Source: Octopus sinensis
Lineage: Eukaryota
Direction of reading: 5' to 3'
Length of the DNA stretch: 64,000 bases
Assembly: GCF_006345805.1 (NCBI RefSeq)
Contig: NC_042997.1
Coordinates: 41,168,001 to 41,232,000 of the forward strand
Part shown: positions 49,760 to 62,390 of the stretch, in pieces
How positions within the stretch are numbered: the first letter of the stretch is position 1
How the letters are laid out: each line of letters opens with the position of its first letter
Translations under genes and position numbers: made by a program
Notes under the pieces: generated by a model
The model's input: only the letters and a program-made list of their open reading frames with translations
Told to the model about the DNA's origin: nothing
Databases searched by the model: none

Positions 49760-51350
49760 AGCTGGCTATACAATACAATCTGATGAGATACAGTTTGGAT
49801 TTGTGTCAGGCAAGAGCACAACTGATGCTATATTCATAGTTAGGCAATTTAGGAGAAATAGCAAGCCAAAGATAAACCCCTGTATCTGGCTTTTGTTGAC
49901 ATGGAGAAAGCCTTTGACAGGGTCCCCCACTCCCTTATCTGGTGGTCAATGCAGAAGCTAAAGATAGATGAGTGGTTGGTGAGTGCTGTACAAGACATGT
50001 ACATGGATGCTATAGGTAACGTGAAGGTTAGAAATAAGTTTAGCCAAGAATTCAGGGTAAAAGTAGGGGTTCACTAATGATCAGTCCTCAGCTCCCTCTT
50101 GTTTATCATAGTCCTCTAGGCAATAACAGAGGAATTTAAAATGGGCTGCCCCTGGGAGTTTCTCTATACCGATGACATTCTTCATATAGCTGAATCACTA
50201 CCTGAACTAGAGAAGAAATTTCAAGTGTGGGAGCAAAGTCTTGAATCAAAGGCCTTAGAGGATTTTAGCAAGAACCAAAGTCTTAGCATGTAGAAGAGCA
50301 GACAAATCACAAACCCCTTCAGGTTCTGCTCAATCTATAGAAACGGTGTAGGTAAAAACTCCATAAAATGTACCCAATGCACGTTGTGGGGCACATAAGA
50401 GGTGCAGCAATATCAGAGGAAGTTTAACAGGAAAATCAGTTTTTGTGTCTGGCAGAATCACAGGTAGAGTTAATACTAAAATTGTACAGAAAATAGACTC
50501 CATCAAATTCCAGCGGGGTAGACTAGAAGTAGCTGATAACATCCATTACTTAGGTGACCAGGTCGGTAGTGGGAGTGGAAGCTCTGAGAGCATAGCTGTG
50601 AGAATACGAATAGGCTGGGCTAAGTTCAAAGAGCCCCTACCCCTGCAAGCAACAAAGGGCCTCTCTCAGTGAAAGGCAGATTTATGAAGCCTGTGTGTGA
50701 ACAGCCATGCTACATGACTGTGAAACATGGGCTATAACAGCCAAGGACATGTGTAGGCTTGAGAGAAATGAAGCCAGTATGCTTTGCTAGATGTGCAATG
50801 TCAGTGTGCATACATGGCAGAGTGTAAACATCTTGAGAAAAAAACTTAACCATAAGAAGCATCAGATGTGGTGTGCAAGAGATACGACTGTGCTGGTATG
50901 GTCATGGGATACACATGGACAAGGACAGCTGTGTGAAGAAGTGCCACACACTCTAATAGTGGAGGGAACCTGTGAAAGAGACAGACCCAGGAAGACATGG
51001 GATGAGGTGGTGAAGTATGACCATAGAACATTGAGCCTCACAGAGGTAACCAAGACCTTTGGCGATATGCTGTGTTTGAAATGCCTCATCAAGCCAAGTG
51101 AAATCATAGTTAGGCCTCACAGAGACAGTGACAAGTGACTGAGAGCTTTGGTAATATAGCATGCTTAAGAAGACCTGTCAAACCAAGTGGGCTCATAGAT
51201 GTGGTTGATGCCAGTATTGTGTAGCTAGCACCCATGCCAATGGCACGTAAAAAGCACTACTACACACTTGGAGTGGTTGGTGTTAGGAAGGGAATCCAGC
51301 CATAGAAACCATGCCAAATCAGATTGGAATCTGGTGCAGCTCCCCAGTAA
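49760..51350 (+). mobile_element. RTE LINE, 5'-truncated
   Basis: QFGFVSGKSTTDAIF, IHYLGD, RIGWAKFK; (GAT/GGT)n tail. Confidence 0.85.
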
Positions 51351-51473
51351 ATGATGATGACGATGGTGGTGGTGGTGGTGGTGATGGTGATAATGATGAT
51401 GATGATGGTGATGATGATGATGATGAGGAGGAGGAGGAACATGATACAATGCACAACAAATACGTCAACCAAC

Positions 51474-51695
51474 CTTTACTATTTCTGTGTCTTTAGGGAA
51501 AACAACAAAGTAAACATCTTTGATATCGTATTTTCGAGGTGACTCTTTGACTGCTTCATACATAGTTCCAGGTAGTTTTTCAATGGGATATTTCAATACT
51601 CCAGCTCCTAATATAGGAAATGCAAGGCTTTTTGCACTAAGACATGAAGCAGTTCCTAGACAAGTGTCTACCATGCTAGTCAAGTTTCGCAATAT
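51474..51695 (-). CDS. macro-PARP exon: macro domain C-terminal half
   Basis: attttttcag / ILRNLTSMVDTCL...SLAFPILGAGVLKYP...IKDVYFVVFPKDTEIVK / gttggt; 222 bp, phase 0 to 0. Confidence 0.92.
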
Positions 51696-51793
51696 CTGAA
51701 AAAATAATTGTTTAGTAATTGATAATTAACATTTTATTAAATTATTTTCTTATTACAGGAAGAAATCATTAAGTTGTAATGAAAATATTCTTT

Positions 51794-52172
51794 CAGTTCT
51801 ATATTTAAGAGATGAGGAATTATGTACATTATTAACATTTGACAGATATTTGTCCTCATCTTGTTTGTTGTTAACAATGTTTCGGCTGATATACCCTCCA
51901 GCTTTCATTAGGTTTCTTGGGGAAATTTCAAACCTGGGTTCTCATTCCTAAAGTATTTTTCGATGTTGTTGTTATTATTACTATTATAATTATTATTGTT
52001 GTTGTTGGTGGTGGTAGTGGTGTTGTCATCGTTGTTGTTGTTGTTCAGGTCACTGCTTGGAATCGAACTGAGAATTTTGGTGTTAATAGCCTGCACTCTT
52101 AACCACTATGCCATATGCCCATGGACTACTAACCCTAAGATTCCGAGTTTGATTCCAAGCAGTGACCTGAAC

Positions 52173-52221
<49 letters not shown>

Positions 52222-52368
52222 TTAACATTGAAAAATACCTTAGGAATAAGAACGCAGGTTCAAAATTTCCCCAAGACACCTGATGAAGGCCGGAGGGTAT
52301 ATCAGCCGAAACGTTGTGTTAACAACAAACAAGATGAGGACAAATATCCATCAAATGTAAATAATGTA
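51794..52368. mobile_element. Head-to-head inverted pair of the tRNA-like/(AAT)n/hammerhead unit
   Basis: Minus copy 51794-52120 (A box 52103-52113, B box 52059-52070) and 5'-truncated plus copy 52123-52368; both match 968-1151; no ORF. Confidence 0.85.
52275..52320 (+). ncRNA. Minimal type-I hammerhead ribozyme motif
   Basis: GACAC-CUGAUGA-A-GGCCG-GAGGGUAUAU-CAGCC-GAAAC-GUU-GUGUU; 5-bp stem I, stem II with one mismatch, palindromic ACGU stem III; predicted cleavage after 52315. Confidence 0.7.
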
Positions 52369-53122
52369 AGTGATGAATATATTCTTTGATCAACACATTG
52401 CACATGGAATTTGTTGTTTCAAACAGAAATGTTTTACAGATTCAAATAACATTAAACAACTTCTAGTGATTATTGGATTAACAGATCATGTGGTCATTGG
52501 ATTAACATGGATCATGTGACAGAAGGATCAACACAGATCATGTGATAGCAGGAAGTCTGGTCTGAGTGAAGATATGGATGCCGTGAATGGAAAGAGAAAT
52601 GTTCCAAGATTTGGTGGTTGCACAGTGTAATTCAGGTGGAATTTTGTAATTAACAAAAAAATAATAGGGAAGAGGAGAGATTAATTATTATTTACAAGAG
52701 GGAAATCTGGGTGAGAACATACTGCAAGAAGCAACAAAACCACCCACAAGGCAGGGTGCCACAGGCACAAAAGACTCTACACTGCACACAAGAGACTATG
52801 GTTGAGTCGAAATGTTCAGGGAATATCTACAATAGAGTCTACATCAATTTCAAACAACCAGAATTCATGCTTTGGAAATTGTACAGAATACCACAACACC
52901 AGACTGTCACACTGTAGCCCATACTGTACGTCACTGGACATCAAAGTACATGCTTCTGTCTTGAAGCAGACGGAAGTGTTGTATGACTGGAAAAACACAT
53001 CTGTGGATTGTGCATAGTTTTATGGACAATTCCGTTCATGCCACAGAGATGCTGGATCAATGATAACCTAGGGTTGTACAACAACTCTTTCAATAAATCA
53101 ATATAATATGATTGATACTTAC

Positions 53123-53350
53123 TGAATCAGATGAATTTTCATCCCAGGGAGGTAATGCCAGATGAATTACATTCTCACAGTTGAGGTTATATCCTTCAGT
53201 GATGGCTATTTTAGATGTAGAAATACCTTGAGGATATTTCCGGTTACATTCAGCTTGTATCTGTGGACCAGCAGCATTGAGAATAGATTTGGAGATAGAA
53301 CCACTGTCAAGCTGGAGGTGTTCATTGGTGCTGTTAACGATGACATCAAC
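53123..53350 (-). CDS. macro-PARP exon: macro domain core
   Basis: ttacttttgtag / VDVIVNSTNEHLQLDSGSISKSILNAAGPQIQAEC...TEGYNLNCENVIHLALPPW..SDS / gtaagt; 228 bp, phase 0 to 0; absent from the ORF track. Confidence 0.95.
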
Positions 53351-53631
53351 CTACAAAAGTAATTAATGGTAAACAACTAAGGAACATTCTGTGGAGAGAA
53401 GAGAGATACATTGTTGCAGTTGATATTGTTGTTAAGAAAGGCTCTACAGAATGGCTGTAGTAAGTTTGAGGTTGTTAAAGTTAGCAAAAGATTTACTCAA
53501 GATATCAGATGTGAAGGAAATGAAATGTTTGAGTTAGATTGAGAAAACGTTTTAATTAACTGTAATGATTCCTCATTTGGAAATGAAATAACAATTAAAT
53601 ATAAATATGTTAAGTGAATCTATTTACTCAC

Positions 53632-53768
53632 AGATACATTAGAAATTGAACCAATCATTAAGTTTATTTTAATGCCAGCATTTTCTCCGGATGTCATATA
53701 AGGTCTGGGTATGATAGAGACTGTTTTCAGTTGTGGACCAGGAAAGGATGGGCTTGATAATTTAGTTT
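53632..53768 (-). CDS. macro-PARP exon: linker + first macro strands
   Basis: ttgtttatttccag / (E)TKLSSPSF...GIKINLMIGSISNVS / gtgagt; phase 1 to 0. Confidence 0.85.
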
Positions 53769-55684
53769 CTGGAAATAAACAAATATCAGTGTGTCATCAT
53801 TATGACCATCATCATCGTTCAACATCTACCTTCCATGCTGGCATGGGTTGGATCATTTGACAGGAACTTGCCAGGTAGAAGATGGCACCAGACCTCTATG
53901 TCTGTTTTGGCATGTACAGAAGTCTGGTGCAGTTTTCCACCTGGCCACACACCTACTGATGCAAGTTGAACAAAATGACATATAAAGACACATCCATCAT
54001 AGCAAAAGTGAGGTCCTAAATGCATTGTGCTTATTCCTGTCCATGTTGGGCCCTACACTGACATTTGCCCATGTCAACCATACCCTTCACCACATCTCAT
54101 TTTCCTAACACCCATCCCTCCATTACACTTCTAACTATGGCCCTACTTTGTTGCTGTAAGCATTTGAGAGCAGAATCTGCACAACACTTCTCACCCCTTT
54201 TCATTAATACCAGTTGCCTCTCTTTCATCATCATCATCATCTCCGTTCGTACAACCTTCCATCGATCATCCCTTTTTGCCCCTTCCCTAATCTTTCCCTT
54301 CCCACTCTTAGCTACATCTTAGTTTGCCATTCTTGATGTTTAACACTTCTATATGCATTTATTCCCAACGCCCTCTCACATCCGTTATCAATACTCCCTC
54401 CAATTTTGTCTCCCCACTCACTATAGCCATCCTCATGTATCTCTAACTCCCATCTCTGTCCCAGTTGATCATCATCATCAACCCATCCCTTCCACTGTCA
54501 CATCCTGTGCATCATCTCTGCACTTCCTTGTCTATGAATTTATGATTCTGCTGCTCTCCTCTGCTACTCCTACGTTGCTACTTGTCACTCCCTCCTACCC
54601 AAACCTCATCTAACTCTCACTTGCCCCACTCCATACAGATATTTGCCATCAACTCCACCCCAAACCATTGTTCCTCACTCACTACATCCACCTCTAGCCC
54701 CATCACTAACCATCTGCCACGCCTCTCATCCCATATTCTTATGAAATTACCCTCTCTTTCTTACCTTCCTCATCCACATTCTATATTCTCTCCCCATACA
54801 CACATCCTTGCAAACTGAGAGTATGCACTTGCACCCTATGACCACCATCTTTCTCCCTTCCAGCTACTTTCATTCACTTTTGTAAAAAATATAAGCAAGT
54901 CGTGAATTTCCCCCATATCAAGACACCCCTACTTGACCCTCTATCAAACCTCTCCTACCCCGGATATAAAGCCACCTACCCGTCTCCCAAATTCACTCCC
55001 ACCCACTTTTACAGGGCTCTTTCCATTTTTCACTTTCTATTACAAGTTACTTGGTGACCTTACTAGCACTGGGGTCATGGAAAAAGCAGCTTCCGGTCCA
55101 CACTGTGAAGTGCTTGGTATTAAGAAGGGCAGCCAGCCATGGAAATCATGCCTAATGCATCTCACCAGATCCTGTCAAACTGCTTAACCCAAGCCAAAAT
55201 GGAAGATGGACATTAAATGATGAGCAAGGCATATAAATTGTCTAAGACTCCATAAGAGAAATACCAGGCACTTGTACATTTGTCAACAGAGAAGTTACGT
55301 TAATCATAAAGTTTACAATATCTTAAGTAACACATCTGGTTGTGGTTGCTGTAGGAGACAGCTAGTGAAGGGACTCCATCAAAGGTTATGTCCCTGGCCC
55401 CAAATCCCTGAGTGAGAAATAACTGCCAGTAAAGTGGAGTTTGAGTGTGGGCAGTATGGAGTTGGTGCAGGAAGCAGGGACTTTGAAAGAGGACATGGGA
55501 AGGCACCCAAACCTTTAAACTCATGCGGATGCATATCTATGTGTTTATGTGCATATGGTTCGGTGTAGTCAGTATTGGACTCTTAGGTTGTGGTGTTGGA
55601 AAGACTGCTGGTGGAAATCGTAATGTTATGGTAGAGTTTGTAGATAACTGATCACATACTATTTTTCATGCAGGCATATAATAA

Positions 55685-56160
55685 TAATAATAATGAAATT
55701 ATTGTATACAGTGCTCAGGTGCACCACAACTTGTCAAAAGTGCATATAAAGTATATGCAGTAATGTACAAATGTCTGGGAAGCGAACAGTGTATGAATCA
55801 GATACATGCTTGCGTGTGTATGGAGGGGAGAAAATCAGGTGTAGTATTGGCGAATCTCAGGAAGCATGGAAGTTTTGAAGGATACAGTGCTCCGACAACT
55901 AACAACTGATACCGGCAGTTTGTTCCATGCTTCAGCAACTCTTAGCGTGAAAAAATGTTTCCGAAAGTCATGGGAATTGTGCTGTTTTCTGACTTTGTAA
56001 ACATGTCCACGGGTGTTAGACAGATGAAGTTTGAAAAGGTGCTCAGAGTTATTGTTTGTAATATGGTTAATAATTTTATGGGTGTCTGCCAGGTCAGCTG
56101 CCAGACGTTGGAGTTACAATGTATCCATGCCCAGGGAAGTAAAACTCACCCTTGCAGTTT
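55685..56160 (-). mobile_element. CR1-like LINE 3' end
   Basis: Reverse complement of the 36160 family; (AAT)n tail at about 55680-55693. Confidence 0.75.
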
Positions 56161-56189
56161 AGGCTTTAGTTAAGTGTCTGAATGAAGAG

Positions 56190-56450
56190 AGTTCTTGAAT
56201 ATTGTTCTTTTCTAAGCAAGGTTTAACCTTCCCGTCTGCTACTATTGAAGTAACGGTTGCACCTCCCTATCACTCTCTACTTGATGTTATAATCCATGGC
56301 ATTTTTCTTCAATAACCATATGTGTCTAGCCAGGGTTGTGGCATTATGTCTCTCCTGGACATTAATGGAAATTTTTAGGATTGTTAAATATGGTTCTGAA
56401 AGGACCTTTTGTCATACCCACATATTTCCACATATTCTTCTGCTTGCTAA
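56190..56450 (-). mobile_element. Penelope-like GIY-YIG fragment
   Basis: Minus strand KYVGMTKGPF...NATTLARHIWLLK...CLEK. Confidence 0.55.
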
Positions 56451-57101
56451 AGTAATAGTCAAGTGATACTGAATGGAAATAAGTACAAGTTTTCACTGTA
56501 TAATATGCTGAATAGTAATACAAAGACAGTTCATAATTACTGAGAAAAAAATTAATAGAAACAATGAAAATGTCTTCTCACAAAACTGACTGACACAGCT
56601 TTGAGAAGCACCGTAGGTTGTTCTAAGCAGAAAAAGAAAAGTGAGAACATCTGTGAAGTATCAGGGCTCATTCTGTCTAGAAATGCAAAATAAGAATTTT
56701 TATAATGCCCAGCAGGGTTTTCCAAAAAACGTTTGACCAGACTATTTGGTGGGAAAATTCCATTGCCCTTGGTTGCACATCAGCTGATCTGATTGGCCAA
56801 GCCATGTTCACAGAGGTGTTAGCGCTTTCATAGTGGCATGATTTATTTTCCATAACTGGTTTTCCTTTGCTGACAATATGGTTCCATGCTGAAGTACCTG
56901 AGTGTGATGGTTCAAAACTCAGTAGGAGCCTAGCTATAAACTTTCAATTAATGAGGTAATGAATCAGCTCATTAAGTATGATAATAACTATTAATTAATT
57001 TAATATTTACAATCAGATTACATTTATGGTTCTTTTTCCTAAAGTAATAATTGGATGTAACTTATGTTGTATCATCACACATGAGATGGTCATGGAAGAC
57101 T

Positions 57102-57193
57102 ACATTGATGAGTTAACTCCCCTCTCATAAGACATTGAAGAGTTAACTCCCCTCTCATAAGACATTGAAGAGTTAACTCCCCTCTCAAAAGAC
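57102..57193. repeat. 30-bp tandem repeat x3
   Basis: ACATTGA(A/T)GAGTTAACTCCCCTCTCA(T/A)AAG three times with no spacers. Confidence 0.95.
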
Positions 57194-57619
57194 GTTATTT
57201 TAGTTTATTGCAAGATGGTATTTTAGAATAATTTCTTCATCACAAAGTCCAAAGCTCTTCTCTTCAATTAGAAATTATAATGTTCAAGATAGTCTTTTAA
57301 TAAGAATTACAACCAATTAGAATCAATATCAAGTTTATATTTTTTGGTTAGATTTTATGAGGCTTGGTTCAATTCTAAATCTAATATTTTTATTCAGTTT
57401 ACATACTTTAACCCTCTTAATGTCTTGTATTATAGATATCTGAACCTATTAGCAAATCCTAATCCAAATGGTACTGTAGTTCCCAGAATGCTGTTGCTTG
57501 GGAGTGCAAAACTGGAAGCAAGCAATCTTCTGTGCAAGAAACAAAGTTTAGTCTTATTTCTGAAAGAACTTTCTGTGAAATGAATAAAAAAAAAGAGGAT
57601 CAAGCATGTAATAGGATAG

Positions 57620-58500
57620 AAGGACAAGGATGAAATGCAAAGATATCATGTCAGACAGATTGAAGAGGAACGTCTGCATGGCCAATTCTGGAGAGTCACT
57701 AAAGACATATTGTGGAACAAAATCCTGGGCTTGGTTAAAAAGGGGCCAATTAAAAAAAGAAACAGAGAGCCTAATTGTAACAGTCCAAGATCAAGCGATA
57801 AAAACAAACAACTTGAGTAAAAATATATATGGAGAGAATGTGTCAGAAAAATGTAGAGCCTGTGGAACTTAGAATGAGTCAATGGCACACATCGTGGAAG
57901 AATGCCCCAAGTTGGCACAGGAAGAATATAAGAAACGGAGGCACGACCAGGTTGTAAAAGTTTTACACTGGAAACTGTGCCAGAAATGGGGATTTGAAGC
58001 TGGAAACACAAAGCACAATCATTGAGTCAAAAGAGAATTGGAGTTGGAGAAATGTAAGATTTTATGGGACTTTCCTATTCAAATGGAGAAAAAGTTAGAA
58101 AACAATAGACTAGATATTACAGTCATAGATAAGGAAAAGAGAAGCTGCTTACTTATCGACCCATCATGTCTGTTTGATTCCAGGATCGTAAAGAAGAAGA
58201 AAAACAAAGTAAATACAATCCCTTAAAATTTGAAATAGGAAGAATTTGGAGCATGCAAACAGTAAAGGTGGTGCCTATAATAATTGGTGTGTTGGGAACA
58301 GGAGCCAAAATATAGACAAATGGCTGAAGGATATTGAAATAGAATACCCGGAAGAGCTTCTACAGAAAGTTTGTCTTTTAGGTACAGCAAGGATTATCAG
58401 GAGGGTTGTAAGCACTTGAAAGACTGCTAAAAACTTGTGGCTACCTGAGGCTGCAGGTAGTAACTTGCTATCAACATAATTCCTTGCAGAAATAAAACCA
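57620..58500 (+). mobile_element. R4/Dong-like LINE 3' fragment
   Basis: HGQFW, KCRACG, ILWDFPIQ..NNRLDITVID and VPIIIGVLG. Confidence 0.8.
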
Positions 58501-59582
58501 AAATAGTAATTATCAGTAATGTTTAACATAGAATGACATGACAAGACACCGTAATATTCAATATTAACAAACAAATGTTTTACCTCTGTTTCGGAGATAT
58601 TCATCAAATTCCTGTTAAAACAAAAAAGAATCAATTTATATTTTTATTTTCCCATTTTTGCAAAGAGAAGAGATTTAATTTAATAAAAACAAAATATTTG
58701 AAATATTTAATGATTTATTTCTACTCTGTAATAAGGAAATGAGGAAAATTACTTTGTCACTCAGATCAAAGATATTCTATCCATGGCCTTCCTGCCTTTT
58801 GGGAGACATGAGACCTGTGTCAATATGGTAATACAGTGAATAGAGCAGAAAAACCTCCCATGCTTTACATGGCCACCAACATGGTGTTAGTGAAGTTAAA
58901 CATGTGGTAATGGTGTCTTCATGTAGCTGAAGTTCTACTGTTTTTTTTTCTATCCAGTTACCATCATGGTTAGAACCGTTGAACCTTGTGTTTGCAGTCA
59001 AAATGTCTATCAAGAATGTTGAATTTGAGGCGTTTTTGTTACATCCTGTTTGTCCAAAGCTATTTCAGGAACAAACAGGAGTACAAGGTAATTATTTTTA
59101 CATTGTAAGGAAGAATGAGAGGAAACCTGACAATTCAGACCGTGGTCCTTCATAACAAAGAAAAGAGAAAAGATTCAAAGAGAAAAAGGTTCTCAAACAA
59201 TTCTACAGTGGACAGAAATTTCCTTCATTTTTTTGTTACAGTGGAAAGGCATAAATATTATATTTTGGTATTAATACTGCTTCTATCGTTATTATTTTTA
59301 ATAGACCTTCTGGCAATTAATTACTATCTGATGTACCCAGTAATTCCCAGGAAAGCAGGGCTTATTCCTTGGTTTCATTCTCATAATTGTTTCACTAATC
59401 CAGTAACAACAATACAAAGTATGTGGCCCTTAAAACGGTTTTTGTGTATTTACACAGGATCTTGTTTTTAAGAATTCCTAATAAGTTATGAATACCCAAA
59501 TTGTGAAGTCAGTTATATAATAACATGAAATTAATTACCCAATAGTAAGAATTCAAATAAAGTAGCCCGAAAAGGGCTTTAA

Positions 59583-60290
59583 CCCCTTACCCGGCAGAAA
59601 CGAATATATGCGTTTTGACCGAAATCGTTTTTTTCTATCTCTGGCAAGTTAACTCGTCAAAAGATAGACTCGCCAAAATCGACAGCAAACGAGTTCCTTT
59701 GTCTATTATAAACTCTTTTTTGACAAATACGAGTATATTCACTCACTTTATACCTCTGGCAGTGACGATTTCTGCCACCTTTCGCTTGAGTAAGGCATTG
59801 AAGACCGAGTATGATTTAGTCACCTGGAGACAGTTGAAGGGTTGGAAGGCACATTTTATGAATAGAAGTATTCACTTTGTTTTTACGTTGTTTTTTTTTA
59901 TACCTTTATATTATAACCCCACCATGTCGAGCTCTGATGATGATAATTCATTATTTTGTCTCTCTTTTTTGTCATTACTAAGTTTTGAAGTAATAAAATC
60001 AACAGAAGTAAACAATCATGTTTTGATCATTCATTCTAAATTTGGAAAATAAGATAACCAAATAAAATAACATGATTTTTTGTAAAAGTAATATGATTTA
60101 TGAAAAAAACAGGTTAACTCGTTTCTGCCCAAAGCGGTAATTTAAAATCAATATTATTGAATTAAAATTCATAATAAATAAGGTTTGAAATATACCTCGA
60201 AATCACCATTCAAAACATAGTAAAATAAAACAATTAAAAAATATGTCTGAAAAAATACATTCATTTTCAAAATAATTGTTGGGTAAGGGG
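59583..60290. mobile_element. piggyBac-like non-autonomous element, 708 bp
   Basis: TTAA at 59579-59582 and 60291-60294; 10-bp terminal inverted repeat CCCCTTACCC / GGGTAAGGGG. Confidence 0.8.
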
Positions 60291-60949
60291 TTAATATGTT
60301 CCCAGAGTTTATAGAACTTATTAGGAAATACTAATAAGTTATGTATACTAAAATTGTGAAGCATGTTATGTAATAACAGGCTAATCAGATATGAGATAAT
60401 AACACTTCAAAGTGAATAACTCTGAAAAAAGCTTTTGTGCATTCACAGAGAATATTACCCTCAGTGGCGCTAGTGTTGTTAAATTCATGAATAAGTCACT
60501 AACCGAAATAGGTGGATCTATTGTTTAGGTAAATACTATTTACTTGTTTAAGCATTGTACTGGATAAATTGTGAAAATAACTCAAATAGTTCAAATACTA
60601 AGAAATAAGCATACTCAATTTGATTTATACCAAATAACTTATGAACATGAATGGGTTATTTCCCTTGGCTATATTTATATATAAGGATCCCTTTCAGGAG
60701 CGAATGGGTTATTTCCCTTGGATGTTTAAAAATAATATATTAGTTATATGTAGTACTTATAAGAATCCCTTCCAAGGGCCCTATTATCGATTTTTCCAAC
60801 AATCTAAGTATGTCACTAGTTTTCTAGACATAAATTCTACTCATGTGTCAAGTTTCATCAAAATCGATAAAACGATGTAGGAGGAGTTAGATAACAACTC
60901 CACAAACAAACACACCCACAGATTTCCACATATGTAGTAGATTTTTTCT

Positions 60950-62390
60950 TAATAAATTTGCTGGCTATTAATTATCTTTATTAAGCCTCCTTGTTATTAA
61001 ATATTTTTAATAAACCTTCTGGCTATTAATTATCTTTAATAAGTCTTCTGGCTATTAATTATTTTTTATAAGCCTTCTGGCAATTAATTATCTTTGATAA
61101 ACCTTCTGGCTATTAATTATCTTTAATAAGCCTTCTGGCTATTAATTATCTTTACTAAGCCTTCTGGCTATTAATTATTTTTAATAAACCTTGTGGCTGT
61201 TAACTATTTTTAATAAACCTGCTGGTTAGTAATTATTCTTAAAAGACCTGGCTATTAATTATTTTTAATAAACTTGCTGACTATTAATTATTTTTAATAA
61301 ATTTGCTGGGTATTAATTATTTTAAATAAACCTTCTGGCTATTACCTTTAATAAGCCTTGTGGTTATTAATTATTTTTGATAAACTTTCTGGCTATTAAT
61401 TACCTTTAATAAGCCTTGTGGTTGGGCCTGGTGCAGCCTCCTGGCTTCCCAGACCTCGGTCGAACCATCCAACCCATGCTAGCATGGAAAAACGATGATG
61501 ATGATGATGATGATAATGATAAAATCTTCTGGCTATTAATTATCTTTGTGACTACTGAGGACATGCACAAGCTTGCAAAGAATGAAGCTGGTATGATCCG
61601 CTGGATGTGTAATGTCAGTGTGCATGCACGACAGAGTGTTACTGCCTTGAGAGAAAAGTTGGATTTAAGAAGCATCAGATGTGTGCAAGAGAGACGACTG
61701 CGCTGGTATGGTCATATGTTGCGTTTGGATGTGGACAGCTATGTGAAAAAGAGTCACACCCTAGCAAGAGAGGGAACCTGTGAAAGAAGTAGACCCAGGA
61801 AGACCTGGGATGAAGTGGTGAAGCACGACTTTCAAATGTGACTGAGACATTTGGAGATATGCTGTGCTTAAGAAGACCCGGCAATGCAAGTGAGACCATA
61901 AACATGATCTATGCCAGTGCAGTATTACCAGCCCATTTAAGAGTAACTTTCAATCATTGGGCAATAAACTGCACTTACGAAGACCTGTTGAGGCAAGTGA
62001 AATCCTTGTCATGGCTGATAACAGGACCACCTGATTGGCACCATTTGAGCGTGATCATTGCCACTGCCGCCTGACTGGCACTCGTGCTGGTAGCATGTAA
62101 AAGAGCACCATTCAAGCGTGGTTGATGCCAGTACCACCTGACTGGCTTATGTGCTGGTGACATGTAAAAAGTACCCACTACACTCTCAAAGTGGTTGGCA
62201 TTAGGAAGGGCATCCAGCTGTAGAAATTTTGCCAGATTAGATTGGAGCCTGTCCAACCCATGACAGCGTGGAAACCGGATGTTAAACGACGATGATGATG
62301 ATGAAACCTTCTGTTTATTAATTACCTTTAATAAACCTTCTGACAATTAATTATCTTTAATACGCCTTATGGCTATTAATTATTTTTAAA
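60950..62390. repeat. Degenerate 29-bp minisatellite interrupted by two RTE insertions
   Basis: AATAAACCTTCTGGCTATTAATTATCTTT-like units at 60950-61410, about 61520-61545 and about 62303-62390. Confidence 0.85.
61545..62300 (+). mobile_element. RTE LINE 3' portion
   Basis: EDMHKLAKNEAGMIRWMC...RLRWYGHMLR...PRKTWDEVV; (GAT)n tail. Confidence 0.85.

Larger units (their letters stand above)
16686..53768 (-). other. PARP14/PARP15-like macro-PARP gene locus (at least 9 exons, 5' end unresolved)
   Basis: Nine GT-AG exons give macro, KH-like linker, WWE and ART domains in the order of the PARP14 C-terminal half; all junctions are phase-consistent except for one extra base in the WWE exon. Confidence 0.92.

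Noticed and set aside
54060-55050. Cluster of S/P/H/L-rich ORFs
   Set aside because: This is C/T-skewed low-complexity sequence with no motif or splice support.
57102-57193. CRISPR-like 30-bp repeats
   Set aside because: The units are directly adjacent with no spacers, the context is eukaryotic and there are no cas genes; the same applies to the 29-bp array at 60950.
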